The translations under genes were made by a program, and so were the position numbers. A stretch of 64,000 nt of DNA, from assembly GCA_024278335.1 (NCBI GenBank), contig JAJRTJ010000003.1, positions 165,297 through 229,296 of the forward strand. Reading direction: 5' to 3'. Below the pieces are notes generated by a model that saw only the letters and a program-made list of their open reading frames with translations, searched no databases and had not been told where the DNA came from. Of this stretch, positions 46,873 to 55,753 are shown one piece after another. How positions within the stretch are numbered: the first letter of the stretch is position 1; each line of letters begins with the position of its first letter. Origin of the DNA: an archaeon. GTDB taxonomy: Archaea; Nanobdellota; Nanobdellia; Pacearchaeales; GW2011-AR1.

Positions 46873-49227
46873 TTACTTGAAAGGATTATTAAATCTTTTT
46901 TCTGATTTTTCTTGAAAATTCTTCTTATTTGGCTGATATTGCCTTGGCTGCCTGCCTTGTATTTTTTCTATTTCTGCAACATAATCTGAAATTTCTTTTG
47001 CCATATCGACATTTACAGAGATGCTGTCTATTCCTGCTTTCACTAAAAAGTTTACCATTTCTTTTTTGCTTCCTGCTTGACCGCAGATACTTGTTTCAAC
47101 ATTATTTCTTTTACAGACTCTTATTACATATTCCATTTGTTTAGTGACTGCAGGATGCATTTCATTATAGAGCTCCTGCACTTTTTCATTTCCTCTATCA
47201 ACTGCTAAAATATATTGAGTAAGGTCGTTGGTTCCAAATGAAATAAATTCAATTCCTTGTTTGCAGAGTTCTTGAATTATTTGTATTGATGCTGGAGTTT
47301 CAATCATGACTCCTACTTTGCAGTTTTGAAACTGGATTTCATTTAAAATTTTTTTAACTTCATAAACTTCTTTTGAGTTTATCACTTGGGGCATTAAGAT
47401 TCCAATTTGCTTATTTGTTTGAGAGATTTTTTTTAGGGCGTTTAATTCTGCTTTGAGAAGTTCTTTGTGTTTTAGACTATATCTTATTCCGTGCATACCT
47501 AACATTGGATTTGCTTCTTTTTCTTTAGGAGCTCCTTCAAGATTTTGATACTCATCGCTTCTTATATCTGAGGTTCTTACCCATATTTTCTCAAAGTATT
47601 TTGCTATTTCAGATATTCCTTTAAAAATTGTTTCTTCATATTCTTGGAAGTTTTTGTTTGTTAGATAATAATTGGGGTGTTTTCCTGATTCTGTTATTAT
47701 GCCTTCAATTCTTGTCAAGCCAATTTCTTTTATTCCTGTTTGTGAAGCTCTCTGTGCAAATGTTGGAAGGTCTACTATTACTTTTATTTTTGTTTTTGTA
47801 TGTGCAGTAACTGGAAGGATTTTTTTCTCCTGCGTTGCTTGCACCTGCCCTGAATAAACTTTTCCAGTATATCCGTCAACAGTTACCTGTTCCCCTTCTT
47901 TTAAAATCTGCGTTGCATTTTCTGTTCCAACTATTCCAGGAATCCCCATTTCTCTTGAAACAATTGCTGCGTGAGCAGTCATCCCCCCATCATCGGTGAT
48001 TATTGCTGCAGATTTTTGCATAGTAACAACCATGTCTGGATTAGTCATTTTTGTTACAAGAATATCCCCTTTTTGTATTTTAGATAATTCATTTAAATTG
48101 TGAACAATCTTTACTTTTCCGCTTGCTATTCCAGGGGATGCAGGGAGTCCTTTGATTAATACTTCTCCTTGGATTTTTTGAGGAGATTGTTTTTCTATTC
48201 TCTTTTCCATTGTAGTAATGGGTCTTGTTTGAACAATCGAGATTTCTTCATTTTCAATTGCAAATTCAATGTCTTGAGGCTTTTGATAATGTTTTTCCAA
48301 TCTTTTTGCTATTTCTGCAAGCTGGGTTATTTGAAAATTTTTTAAGACCTGATGCTTTGATTTTTCTTCTGTTAATTTTACATAAGCTTTTTCTCCAGAG
48401 GAGTTTCTAACCATTGCAATTTTTTTATCTGCAATTTTTCTCTCTAATATTTCAATTTCTCTTGAAACAATATATTTATCAGGGGTTATTTTTCCAGACA
48501 CAATGCCTTCTCCCAATCCCCAAACTGCTTCAATAATAATGTTATTGTTTTTGTAAGAAGGGTCTTTAGAGAAAATAACCCCGGATTTTTCCGAATCAAT
48601 CATTTTTTGCACTACGACTGCCAAACTTACTTTTGAATGCTCAAACCCTTTTTTATGCCTGTAATAAACTGCTCTTGAAGTAAATAAAGAAGCAAAACAT
48701 TTTTTCACATGCTCTAAGAGGCTTTTGTTCCCTTTGATATTTAAATAGGTTTCCTGCTGGCCTGCAAAGCTTGCATCTGCAAGGTCTTCTGCAGTAGCAC
48801 TTGACCTAACTGCTACAAAAACCGGCTCTGCTGCAGTCTTTAAAATATCCAGAGCAGAGCCTTCGGCATTTTCAAATTTTTCTGTTCCAAGAATTTCATA
48901 AGATTCAAGTATCTCTTCTTTCATTTCTTCAGGAAGCTCTGCTTTAAGAATTAGTTTTCTTATTTGTTCAGTTGAAGAGTTTAATTCTGAAGTGTTTTCA
49001 TAATTTATTTTTTCAAGAATATTCTTTATTTTTTCTTTTAATCTTGCTTTGTCTATAAAATAATCATACGCTTGTGCAGTTATTACAAATCCCGGGGGGA
49101 CGGGGATTTCAAGATTATATATTTCTCCGAGGTTGGCTCCCTTGCCTCCAGCTATTTTTCCAGAATTTTTATTTAATTCCGAGAACCATTTGACGAACTC
49201 TACTTTGTTTTCCTCTTTTTCTTGCAT
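46873..49227 (-). CDS. ppsA: Phosphoenolpyruvate synthase (pyruvate, water dikinase)
   Basis: ATP-grasp GGKGANLGE, phosphohistidine swivel GGMTAHAAIVSREMGIPGIVG, C-terminal PEP-utilising TIM barrel. Confidence 0.92.
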   Translation of the reverse strand: MQEKEENKVEFVKWFSELNKNSGKIAGGKGANLGEIYNLEIPVPPGFVITAQAYDYFIDKARLKEKIKNILEKINYENTSELNSSTEQIRKLILKAELPEEMKEEILESYEILGTEKFENAEGSALDILKTAAEPVFVAVRSSATAEDLADASFAGQQETYLNIKGNKSLLEHVKKCFASLFTSRAVYYRHKKGFEHSKVSLAVVVQKMIDSEKSGVIFSKDPSYKNNNIIIEAVWGLGEGIVSGKITPDKYIVSREIEILERKIADKKIAMVRNSSGEKAYVKLTEEKSKHQVLKNFQITQLAEIAKRLEKHYQKPQDIEFAIENEEISIVQTRPITTMEKRIEKQSPQKIQGEVLIKGLPASPGIASGKVKIVHNLNELSKIQKGDILVTKMTNPDMVVTMQKSAAIITDDGGMTAHAAIVSREMGIPGIVGTENATQILKEGEQVTVDGYTGKVYSGQVQATQEKKILPVTAHTKTKIKVIVDLPTFAQRASQTGIKEIGLTRIEGIITESGKHPNYYLTNKNFQEYEETIFKGISEIAKYFEKIWVRTSDIRSDEYQNLEGAPKEKEANPMLGMHGIRYSLKHKELLKAELNALKKISQTNKQIGILMPQVINSKEVYEVKKILNEIQFQNCKVGVMIETPASIQIIQELCKQGIEFISFGTNDLTQYILAVDRGNEKVQELYNEMHPAVTKQMEYVIRVCKRNNVETSICGQAGSKKEMVNFLVKAGIDSISVNVDMAKEISDYVAEIEKIQGRQPRQYQPNKKNFQEKSEKRFNNPFK

Positions 49228-49262
49228 TGTCTTTTAATGAATTTTTATTTAATAAAGTTTTT

Positions 49263-49433
49263 CTATTCTGAAATTGCGTCAACAGGGCATTCTTTTATTG
49301 CTTCTTTTACGCAAGGAAGGGATTTTTGGGATTTGACAGAAGCTTTGTTTTCTTCATCCATTTCAAAAACCTCGTTGCAAATCGCTGCACAAAGACCGCA
49401 TCCGAGACATTTTTCCTTGTCTATTTTTACCAT
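49263..49433 (-). CDS. Single-cluster 4Fe-4S ferredoxin
   Basis: Hand translation gives MVKIDKEKCLGCGLCAAICNEVFEMDEENKASVKSQKSLPCVKEAIKECPVDAISE (56 aa) with CxxCxxC...CP. TATA-like cttataaacc lies about 25 nt upstream. Below the ORF-track cut-off. Confidence 0.7.
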   Translation of the reverse strand: MVKIDKEKCLGCGLCAAICNEVFEMDEENKASVKSQKSLPCVKEAIKECPVDAISE

Positions 49434-49534
49434 TTTTATTTAAAGAAAAATTGGTTTATAAGTTTAATTTATCTCTCTTATTTATTGTTTTCTATTATCT
49501 AAATTCTTTTAAGTAAGAATTTTAATGTTTTTTT

Positions 49535-49819
49535 ATGATAATTCAATATTATTTTAATACAACGATTAAACGACTTTTTCATTTATATAGTAAATTTAAG
49601 AGAGATTATGGCAATAATCTGGAGCTTGTTGGTTCTGAAGGGGGTTTGTATAAAATTTCTGGTCTTGAAGAAGAATTGAAGAGTGTTGCATATAGGAATA
49701 AAAATGCTCATGCAAATGGAAAAAATCATAAGGCAAGAAGGAGATTGGGTAATAAATGGAAACAGCGAGGCGGAAAGAGAACTAATTCTAAAGAGAGAAA
49801 AAGAAAGAGTGAAAAATAA
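49535..49819 (+). CDS. Hypothetical protein with a basic C-terminus
   Basis: ORF only. Confidence 0.2.
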   Translation: MIIQYYFNTTIKRLFHLYSKFKRDYGNNLELVGSEGGLYKISGLEEELKSVAYRNKNAHANGKNHKARRRLGNKWKQRGGKRTNSKERKRKSEK

Positions 49820-49861
49820 TATTATAATTAATTTTATAAACTTTTGAAATTTATTTTATTT

Positions 49862-50752
49862 ATGGGATTTTTAAGAAACTCTGGATTTATTTTGATAAGC
49901 ATAATTTTGTTTTGCTTGTTGGTGGTTATTGGGACTTTTTTAACAATTTCTTATTCTCTTGAATATGATACCCTTGAACCTAATTTAAATAACGCTGTTC
50001 AGGAATTTTTGAACGCAGAAGTTGATATAGGGGGGATAATTAATCAAAGCGGAGATAACCTTTTTGACTATTGTTCTGCCCACAATATTTTTTCTTATGA
50101 AAGCAGGAAAGGAGAGATTAAGATTCCTTGCTCTATAATTGAAAATGGATTTGAAAATGTTGTTGCTTTTTTTGTTGCAGATTCAAGATTCTCTGAGGGA
50201 TTAGATATAACAACCCAAAAAGAATTGTCAGGCAATTATAAATCAATGCTTGATTATTGTTCGGCTCATGATTATTATTTTTTTAGAGAGCCGGTTTTTT
50301 CTTATGAATCAAATATTGACTGCAATAAATTTTTATCTAAGGAAGCTTCGCTTGTTGAACTTGCTGTTGGGGGGTTTATTTATGAAATTTATTATCAAGA
50401 TTATGACTGCGGTTTTTTTGATTGTTTTTCAAAGACCGGCTCAATTTTCTTTTTAATTTCTCAGCATAGTGCAGATTATTTTAAGGCAAAAGTTAGTTTA
50501 TTTTCGTTAATTGCCTTGATTTGCATTGGCATTTTACTTGTTTTAGCAGAAAAAAGAAGTATGGTTTTAATTGTCAGCGGAGCTTTGCTTATTTTAGCTT
50601 CTTTTTTTATCCGGATTTTTATTAATACTTTGCTTTCTTTAGGACTTAATAAATTTATTAATTTTCAAGAAATGAATTTTGATATTAATGTTTTTTTCAA
50701 ATTGTTTTTTACTCAGCTTTCGTTTGTTTCTACTTTGTTTATTTCAATTTGA
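49862..50752 (+). CDS. Membrane protein whose reading frame stays open past an in-frame TGA to 50881
   Basis: ATG 49862 lies about 25 nt after TTTATAAA. N-terminal TM helix, Cys-containing ectodomain, C-terminal TM helices. The TGA at 50750-50752 sits inside a hydrophobic stretch. Confidence 0.4.
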   Translation: MGFLRNSGFILISIILFCLLVVIGTFLTISYSLEYDTLEPNLNNAVQEFLNAEVDIGGIINQSGDNLFDYCSAHNIFSYESRKGEIKIPCSIIENGFENVVAFFVADSRFSEGLDITTQKELSGNYKSMLDYCSAHDYYFFREPVFSYESNIDCNKFLSKEASLVELAVGGFIYEIYYQDYDCGFFDCFSKTGSIFFLISQHSADYFKAKVSLFSLIALICIGILLVLAEKRSMVLIVSGALLILASFFIRIFINTLLSLGLNKFINFQEMNFDINVFFKLFFTQLSFVSTLFISI

Positions 50753-50911
50753 ATAGTTCTCTTTATACTTGGCATTGTTTTTAGATTTTGGATTTTTAGA
50801 ATGATTAAAAATAAATTCTTTGAAAAAAAAGTGGGGAAGATTGTCAAGAAAGAGATTGAGAAGAATAAGCCAAAGCAATAGTTTTTTAATCTTGGTTTTC
50901 AAATTTTTTTT

Positions 50912-51799
50912 ATGAAAAAGAAAGCTTTGGTTTTATATTCTGGAGGATTGGATTCGCGCTTAGCTGTGAAACTCTTGATGGAGAAAGGGTTTGAAGTTGA
51001 GGCTTTACATTTTAATTTGCCGTTTGGATGCGGGTGCTGTAATTTTCTTTGTAATTTTGGATTTACTCAGAGAAATGAAGTTAAAATGACTTTATTTGAT
51101 TGTTGTAAAGGGAAATTGTTGAAAGAATATCTGGAAGTTTTAAAACAAGCAAAACATGGGACTGGGGCAGGAGTTAATCCTTGCATTGACTGCAAAATTT
51201 TTATGTTTAAGAAAGCAAAGGAGTATGCAGATACCCTCAAGAGCACAAGTAAAGAAGGAATTAATATTATTGCTACAGGAGAGGTTTTGGGGCAGAGGCC
51301 AATGAGCCAGACTTCTAAAGCAATGAAAATTATTGATAAAGAAATTGGTTTTAAACTGGCTCGGCCGTTAATGGATCTGGGAATTAAAGGAAGAACTCGG
51401 AAAAAGCAAATGGAGCTTGCAGAAAAGTTTGGGATTAGGTATCCAACTCCTGCCGGCGGGTGTTTGCTTTGCGAAAAGCAATTAGTAAAGAGATTTAAGG
51501 TTTTGTTTGAAAATGATTTGATTGATGAAAAGAGCTTGCCTCTGACAATGATTGGAAGGCATTTTTTTATTGAAGATTGCTGGTTTGTTGTTGCTCGTGA
51601 TGAAAAAGAGTGCAAAATTATTGAAAAATCTGAGAGTTTTATTGAAGGGAGAAAAGGAAAGCCCGCTGTTTATTGGAAATTTGTGAAAAGTAAGAAAAAG
51701 GAGAAATGGGCAAAAGAAAAAGCACTTGAATTACAAAAAGCTTATTCTACTAGGAAGGATAAGAAAAAAAGAGTTGAGTTTGAAAAGTGGAAGATATAA
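50912..51799 (+). CDS. ThiI-like PP-loop ATP pyrophosphatase (tRNA thiolation family) without a THUMP domain
   Basis: PP-loop LVLYSGGLDSRLA, CIDCK, TGEVLGQRPMSQT (compare ThiI TGESLGQVASQT), GGCLLCEK. Confidence 0.55.
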   Translation: MKKKALVLYSGGLDSRLAVKLLMEKGFEVEALHFNLPFGCGCCNFLCNFGFTQRNEVKMTLFDCCKGKLLKEYLEVLKQAKHGTGAGVNPCIDCKIFMFKKAKEYADTLKSTSKEGINIIATGEVLGQRPMSQTSKAMKIIDKEIGFKLARPLMDLGIKGRTRKKQMELAEKFGIRYPTPAGGCLLCEKQLVKRFKVLFENDLIDEKSLPLTMIGRHFFIEDCWFVVARDEKECKIIEKSESFIEGRKGKPAVYWKFVKSKKKEKWAKEKALELQKAYSTRKDKKKRVEFEKWKI

Positions 51800-51835
51800 G
51801 AAAGGTATTTAAATTGCTCGTTCCTTTGTTTTTTT

Positions 51836-52009
51836 ATGAAGTATAAAAGGGGAAATGTTCATTTGCAATTAATTGATGTTATTGCAGGGACAATCATAAT
51901 GGCCGGAGGAGCAGTAGTTGCTTTTGGAATGATAAATTTTGGAAGTTTGCTGGCCTCTTTTGGTTTAGTTGTGGAATTAATTAAATTAATTCTAGAGAAG
52001 GAATTATAA
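51836..52009 (+). CDS. Possible small membrane protein (57 aa)
   Basis: Hand translation gives MKYKRGNVHLQLIDVIAGTIIMAGGAVVAFGMINFGSLLASFGLVVELIKLILEKEL. Confidence 0.25.
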   Translation: MKYKRGNVHLQLIDVIAGTIIMAGGAVVAFGMINFGSLLASFGLVVELIKLILEKEL

Positions 52010-52010
52010 A

Positions 52011-52154
52011 ATGGAACTGAATGTTATTGTTGGGATTTTGATTATTATTTTGAATGCCTTTCCTTTGATTTTTAAAAAGCCCAGATACATTGTTCTTATT
52101 GGAGCTATTTCTCTTTTTATTTTATTAATGCTGAGCTTTATAGAAAAACCTTAA
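52011..52154 (+). CDS. Possible small membrane protein (47 aa)
   Basis: Hand translation gives MELNVIVGILIIILNAFPLIFKKPRYIVLIGAISLFILLMLSFIEKP. It starts 1 nt after the previous stop. Confidence 0.25.
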   Translation: MELNVIVGILIIILNAFPLIFKKPRYIVLIGAISLFILLMLSFIEKP

Positions 52155-52178
52155 AACTGGATTTTCTTTTTATTAATT

Positions 52179-52757
52179 ATGTGCAATCTATGTAATATAA
52201 AACCTGTTTATGAATTTACAAATAAAAGAAAGCTTTGCTCTGCTTGTTTTATTAGGTGGTTTAGAAAAAAAGTGTTTTATACAATGAGGAAATTTGGAAT
52301 GGCTAAGAGGGGAGATTGTATTTATTATCCAGAAAGAAGGGATTTTAGAAATGTTGTTTTAGAGGAAGTTTTAAAGATATGGTCAGAAAAGGCAGGAGTT
52401 GAATTAGTCAGTAGAAAGAAGAAAGGGAGCCGCTCGGCATACCCCAAAATGCGGAATTCTGGGGCATGTTTAATTGCTGTTGCTGATACTTTGGATATTA
52501 CTTGTTTGAATTTTATTGAGGAAGTGTTTGGGAGAAAAAAAGAGAATTTACTTCCAGTTGTTGGGGGGGCCATCAAACCTTTGTATTTATTTTTAGATGA
52601 GGAAGTTGAATTATATGCTAAATTATTGAAGTTGAAATTTAATAAAAATAAAGAGAGGAAAAACAAGCTTGCAGATTTTATTAATTCTTTAGAAAAAAAT
52701 CATCCTGAAGTCAAAAGAGCTGTGGTTAATAGTTATTTGGAATTGTTTTATAATTGA
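52179..52757 (+). CDS. Zinc-finger protein resembling the N-terminus of TtuA/Ncs6/TilS-type PP-loop enzymes, with a degenerate PP-loop
   Basis: CNLC...CSACF N-terminal finger followed by a PP-loop-like but non-canonical region. It contains the 39-nt element in frame. Confidence 0.3.
   Translation: MCNLCNIKPVYEFTNKRKLCSACFIRWFRKKVFYTMRKFGMAKRGDCIYYPERRDFRNVVLEEVLKIWSEKAGVELVSRKKKGSRSAYPKMRNSGACLIAVADTLDITCLNFIEEVFGRKKENLLPVVGGAIKPLYLFLDEEVELYAKLLKLKFNKNKERKNKLADFINSLEKNHPEVKRAVVNSYLELFYN
52428..52466. repeat. 39-nt GC-rich palindromic element, copy 1 (in frame, encodes SRSAYPKMRNSGA)
   Basis: agccgctcggcataccccaaaatgcggaattctggggca is 34/39 identical to 62788-62826. Confidence 0.85.
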
Positions 52758-52758
52758 A

Positions 52759-54795
52759 TTATTTCTTTTCTTGAGATTTTTCTTTTTTATCTTCTTTCAT
52801 CCTATCCATGAAATTTCTTATGAATTTTTTATTTTCTTCGTTGTCTTTTCTTATTTCAAGAATTGTATAATAATCTAAATTTCCTTGCGTGTGCTTTTCT
52901 GTTTTAAGCTCTGCAATAGTTTTATTTCTAAAATTTTTACTTAAAATCAATTCTCCCTTTGAAATGCCTGCAAGTTTTTTTGCGCTTGCAATAAATGTCC
53001 CCATGCTCATGAAAACAAACTGATTTTTCTCTTGCTTTGCAATTATTGTTCCGCTGTTTATTGCAATTCCATAATCAATTTTTTCTTTGAAGGTTTTATT
53101 ATGATTTTCCAGTTCTGCCTGTATTTCCTGAGCTAATTTTACTGCTATTTTTTCATTTTTAAATGTCTTTGTTTTAAGGGGGGATAAAATAAATACAATA
53201 TTGTTTTGGTTTTCATAGATTACTGCTTTCATATTTTCTGCTAAATTAATTATTTTTTGCAAGGTTTCTTCTATTACTCCTTTTTTTGATTCTATTTCCT
53301 TTAAGTTTTTAATCTGAAGAGAAATTAAATCTGCGTTTTGTTTTGTTCCATGCAAGGATAAAGAGACTTTTGCCGGGTTTGTTGTTTTAACTAAGGAGTC
53401 TTTTTTTAAAGGGACAGCAAGGATTTCTTCAGAATATTTTTTGTTTTTTCTGTTTTTGATATATCCAATAAAACTCTTTTTGTAGCCTTTTTTAAAGATT
53501 ATCAATGCCACTAATATTAAAATGATTATTATAAAAATCCATGAAAGAGGATGGCTGCTGATTTTAACTATTGTTTCTGAGGTTTCTTTGATTGCAATTG
53601 CATTTCCAGTAAGAAGGACCTGCTGTTTATTTACTATGCTTTCTCCTTGAGAAGAGAGTATTTCTATGTCATAGGTTCCTTCAGGAGCTGTAAGCAAATA
53701 TGTTTTTTCTTCTCTTAATTTTAATGTTGCGTTAAATTTAATTGTTTGGTTTCCAATTAATGCAATTATTTCATCGTTGTAAGGTATGTTTCCGATGTTT
53801 TGGACAATAAGGGTGTTATTTATTAAGTCTACCTTTACTTCGGGGTTTTCTAAAACCTGAATTTCCCCTGTTGCTTCAAGGCCTTCTGATTTTGCGATTA
53901 TTATTAATTTTACTGGCTTATGGTTTGAAGCAATCGGATATTCAAGTCCTGAAGTTGTTGAAATTTCCTGCTGAAGCAATATATTTTCAAATTCGTCTTT
54001 AACCATTATGCTGACTTTTTTTTCTATGTTTTCTCCGGTCTGGTCATGTAAAATTGCCTTTATGTTGAGTGTTTCTTTTGGCATTATTTCCTCTTGTTCT
54101 GTTATTAATTCTAAATTTGACGGGACTTGCTTGATTTGAATGTTTTGATTTATAAAGCCCTTGTTTGTAATGTTTTCTCCTTTTGTTTCAACTGCTTCTA
54201 TTGAAAGCAAATAATTTCCTGCTGCAAAGTCTTCTGGAATTTGTGTTGTTATTTCAAAATAACCGTTGTGAATTGTGTCTTGGTATTTTACTTTTTCTTC
54301 TCCTTCTGAGATAATTTTTAAATTTATTTTTCCATTTGAGGCTTCTTGGTTTTCTTTTATAGCATTTCCACTTATTGTTATTGAATCTCCTGGAGCATAT
54401 TCTGTTGCAAATTCTTTTATCTCAAGATTAATAAGGTTTGATACTTGAAATTCTTTTGTTAATTTGTATTCTTCTCCTAAGGAAAATTTTATCTTGCAAG
54501 TTCCATAGGTTTTTCCCATTGTTGCGACAGTCAAGGGGATAGTCGGAGTGATGCTTTTTTCTTCTCCTGAGGCAAGGGAAATAAATTCTTTATACACTTC
54601 ATTGATTTGGCCGTCGCATAATAAACTTCCAGAAATAAAGCTGTCGATGTTGTTTTCTGCTTTTATTTTTGCAGGTATTTTTATCATGTCTCCTGAATTA
54701 TAGATATCTGCAGGCTCTGAGTTGATTATTATTTCTGCAGAGATGAAGCCTAACAGCAGGATAGTGAAGACAAAAAGTAAAATTTGCTTTTTCAT
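52759..54795 (-). CDS. Receptor-like single-pass membrane protein with a beta-sandwich ectodomain and a degenerate class III cyclase-homology-like cytoplasmic domain
   Basis: Signal peptide, about 420-aa ectodomain, TM helix SWIFIIIILILVALIIF. The cytoplasmic DLISLQIKNL...IDYGIAINSGTIIAKQ...MGTFIASAKKLAGISKGELILS follows the CHD pattern, but the metal-binding Asp positions are not conserved. Confidence 0.4.
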   Translation of the reverse strand: MKKQILLFVFTILLLGFISAEIIINSEPADIYNSGDMIKIPAKIKAENNIDSFISGSLLCDGQINEVYKEFISLASGEEKSITPTIPLTVATMGKTYGTCKIKFSLGEEYKLTKEFQVSNLINLEIKEFATEYAPGDSITISGNAIKENQEASNGKINLKIISEGEEKVKYQDTIHNGYFEITTQIPEDFAAGNYLLSIEAVETKGENITNKGFINQNIQIKQVPSNLELITEQEEIMPKETLNIKAILHDQTGENIEKKVSIMVKDEFENILLQQEISTTSGLEYPIASNHKPVKLIIIAKSEGLEATGEIQVLENPEVKVDLINNTLIVQNIGNIPYNDEIIALIGNQTIKFNATLKLREEKTYLLTAPEGTYDIEILSSQGESIVNKQQVLLTGNAIAIKETSETIVKISSHPLSWIFIIIILILVALIIFKKGYKKSFIGYIKNRKNKKYSEEILAVPLKKDSLVKTTNPAKVSLSLHGTKQNADLISLQIKNLKEIESKKGVIEETLQKIINLAENMKAVIYENQNNIVFILSPLKTKTFKNEKIAVKLAQEIQAELENHNKTFKEKIDYGIAINSGTIIAKQEKNQFVFMSMGTFIASAKKLAGISKGELILSKNFRNKTIAELKTEKHTQGNLDYYTILEIRKDNEENKKFIRNFMDRMKEDKKEKSQEKK

Positions 54796-54828
54796 TTTAA
54801 CTCTTTTGATGTAAACTAAAGAGTCTTG

Positions 54829-55092
54829 TTATTTATAAAGATTATGGGGAGTTATTTTTTGATTCTCTTGGGAAATGTATCTATATGTTGTATTTAAAAC
54901 TGCATTGTTTATTTCTCTCTTTGGCGAAACTAGTTCTTTATCTTTTTTGTATCTCTCTACTGTAGATAAAACTTGGTGTCTAAATATTGCTCTGCCATAA
55001 GCAGTCATTTTAATTCCTGCATCTCGAATGATTCTCCATGCGCGGTCCATGTTTCCTCTTAAATTATTATCCTCTGGTTCGTAAGTTTTCAT
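54829..55092 (-). CDS. Hypothetical protein (87 aa)
   Basis: The ATG at 55092 lies 1 nt after the stop of the upstream PIN ORF. The track ORF extends to 55176. Confidence 0.3.
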   Translation of the reverse strand: MKTYEPEDNNLRGNMDRAWRIIRDAGIKMTAYGRAIFRHQVLSTVERYKKDKELVSPKREINNAVLNTTYRYISQENQKITPHNLYK

Positions 55093-55093
55093 T

Positions 55094-55615
55094 TTATTCT
55101 CTGAAATTTCTCCACATCTTTTGAATAAGTTCTCTAGCTCCATTTTCTTTATCACTTGGAATTTTATGCAAAACAAATTTGTCTCTATATTCCATTTCTC
55201 TTGTATTAACTCTTATCTCATATTTTCCATCTCTATTTTTATGATAAACTTTTACAGGATTTTGTTCTAGAGACTTTCTGAAATGCTGATTGCCTTCAAA
55301 TTCATGTGCACCGAGCAACCTTCCGGTAATCCAAAAAAGCCTTGTAAAATCTCCATCTCTTGTTATTAATATGGGCTGTTTATCTGAAAACATTGAAATC
55401 CAATAAGCAGTTGCTACAATTCTTTCATCTGTATCTGAAAGGCCTCTTTTGGTAATTGTTTCGTAAAATTTGTTTGTGTCTTGTTTTAATTCAAGTATTT
55501 TGCCAAGAGTTTTTATAACATTCACTAAATCTTCATAAGACCCTCCATGAATCCTGATTTCGCTTTTTTTGGATAATTGCCTTAAATCAAAAACTCTTTT
55601 TTGCCCATCTTCCAA
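55094..55615 (-). CDS. PIN-domain protein, C-terminal part
   Basis: SDTDERIVATAYWIS...PILITRDGDF is typical of the distal PIN acidic residues. The frame is open upstream to the TAG at 55754. Confidence 0.5.
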   Translation of the reverse strand: MEDGQKRVFDLRQLSKKSEIRIHGGSYEDLVNVIKTLGKILELKQDTNKFYETITKRGLSDTDERIVATAYWISMFSDKQPILITRDGDFTRLFWITGRLLGAHEFEGNQHFRKSLEQNPVKVYHKNRDGKYEIRVNTREMEYRDKFVLHKIPSDKENGARELIQKMWRNFRE

Positions 55616-55753
55616 TAGCCTTTGCTGTTCTGAGTGTCTCTCTCCATATCTTTTTTTTCTTTTTTTTAAGTTTTTGTGCGACTTTTTTCCACCCCCTCTT
55701 ATTAAGCTTCCGGGAATACTTTTTCTACAGAATGAAATTTTTTCCTTTATTAT

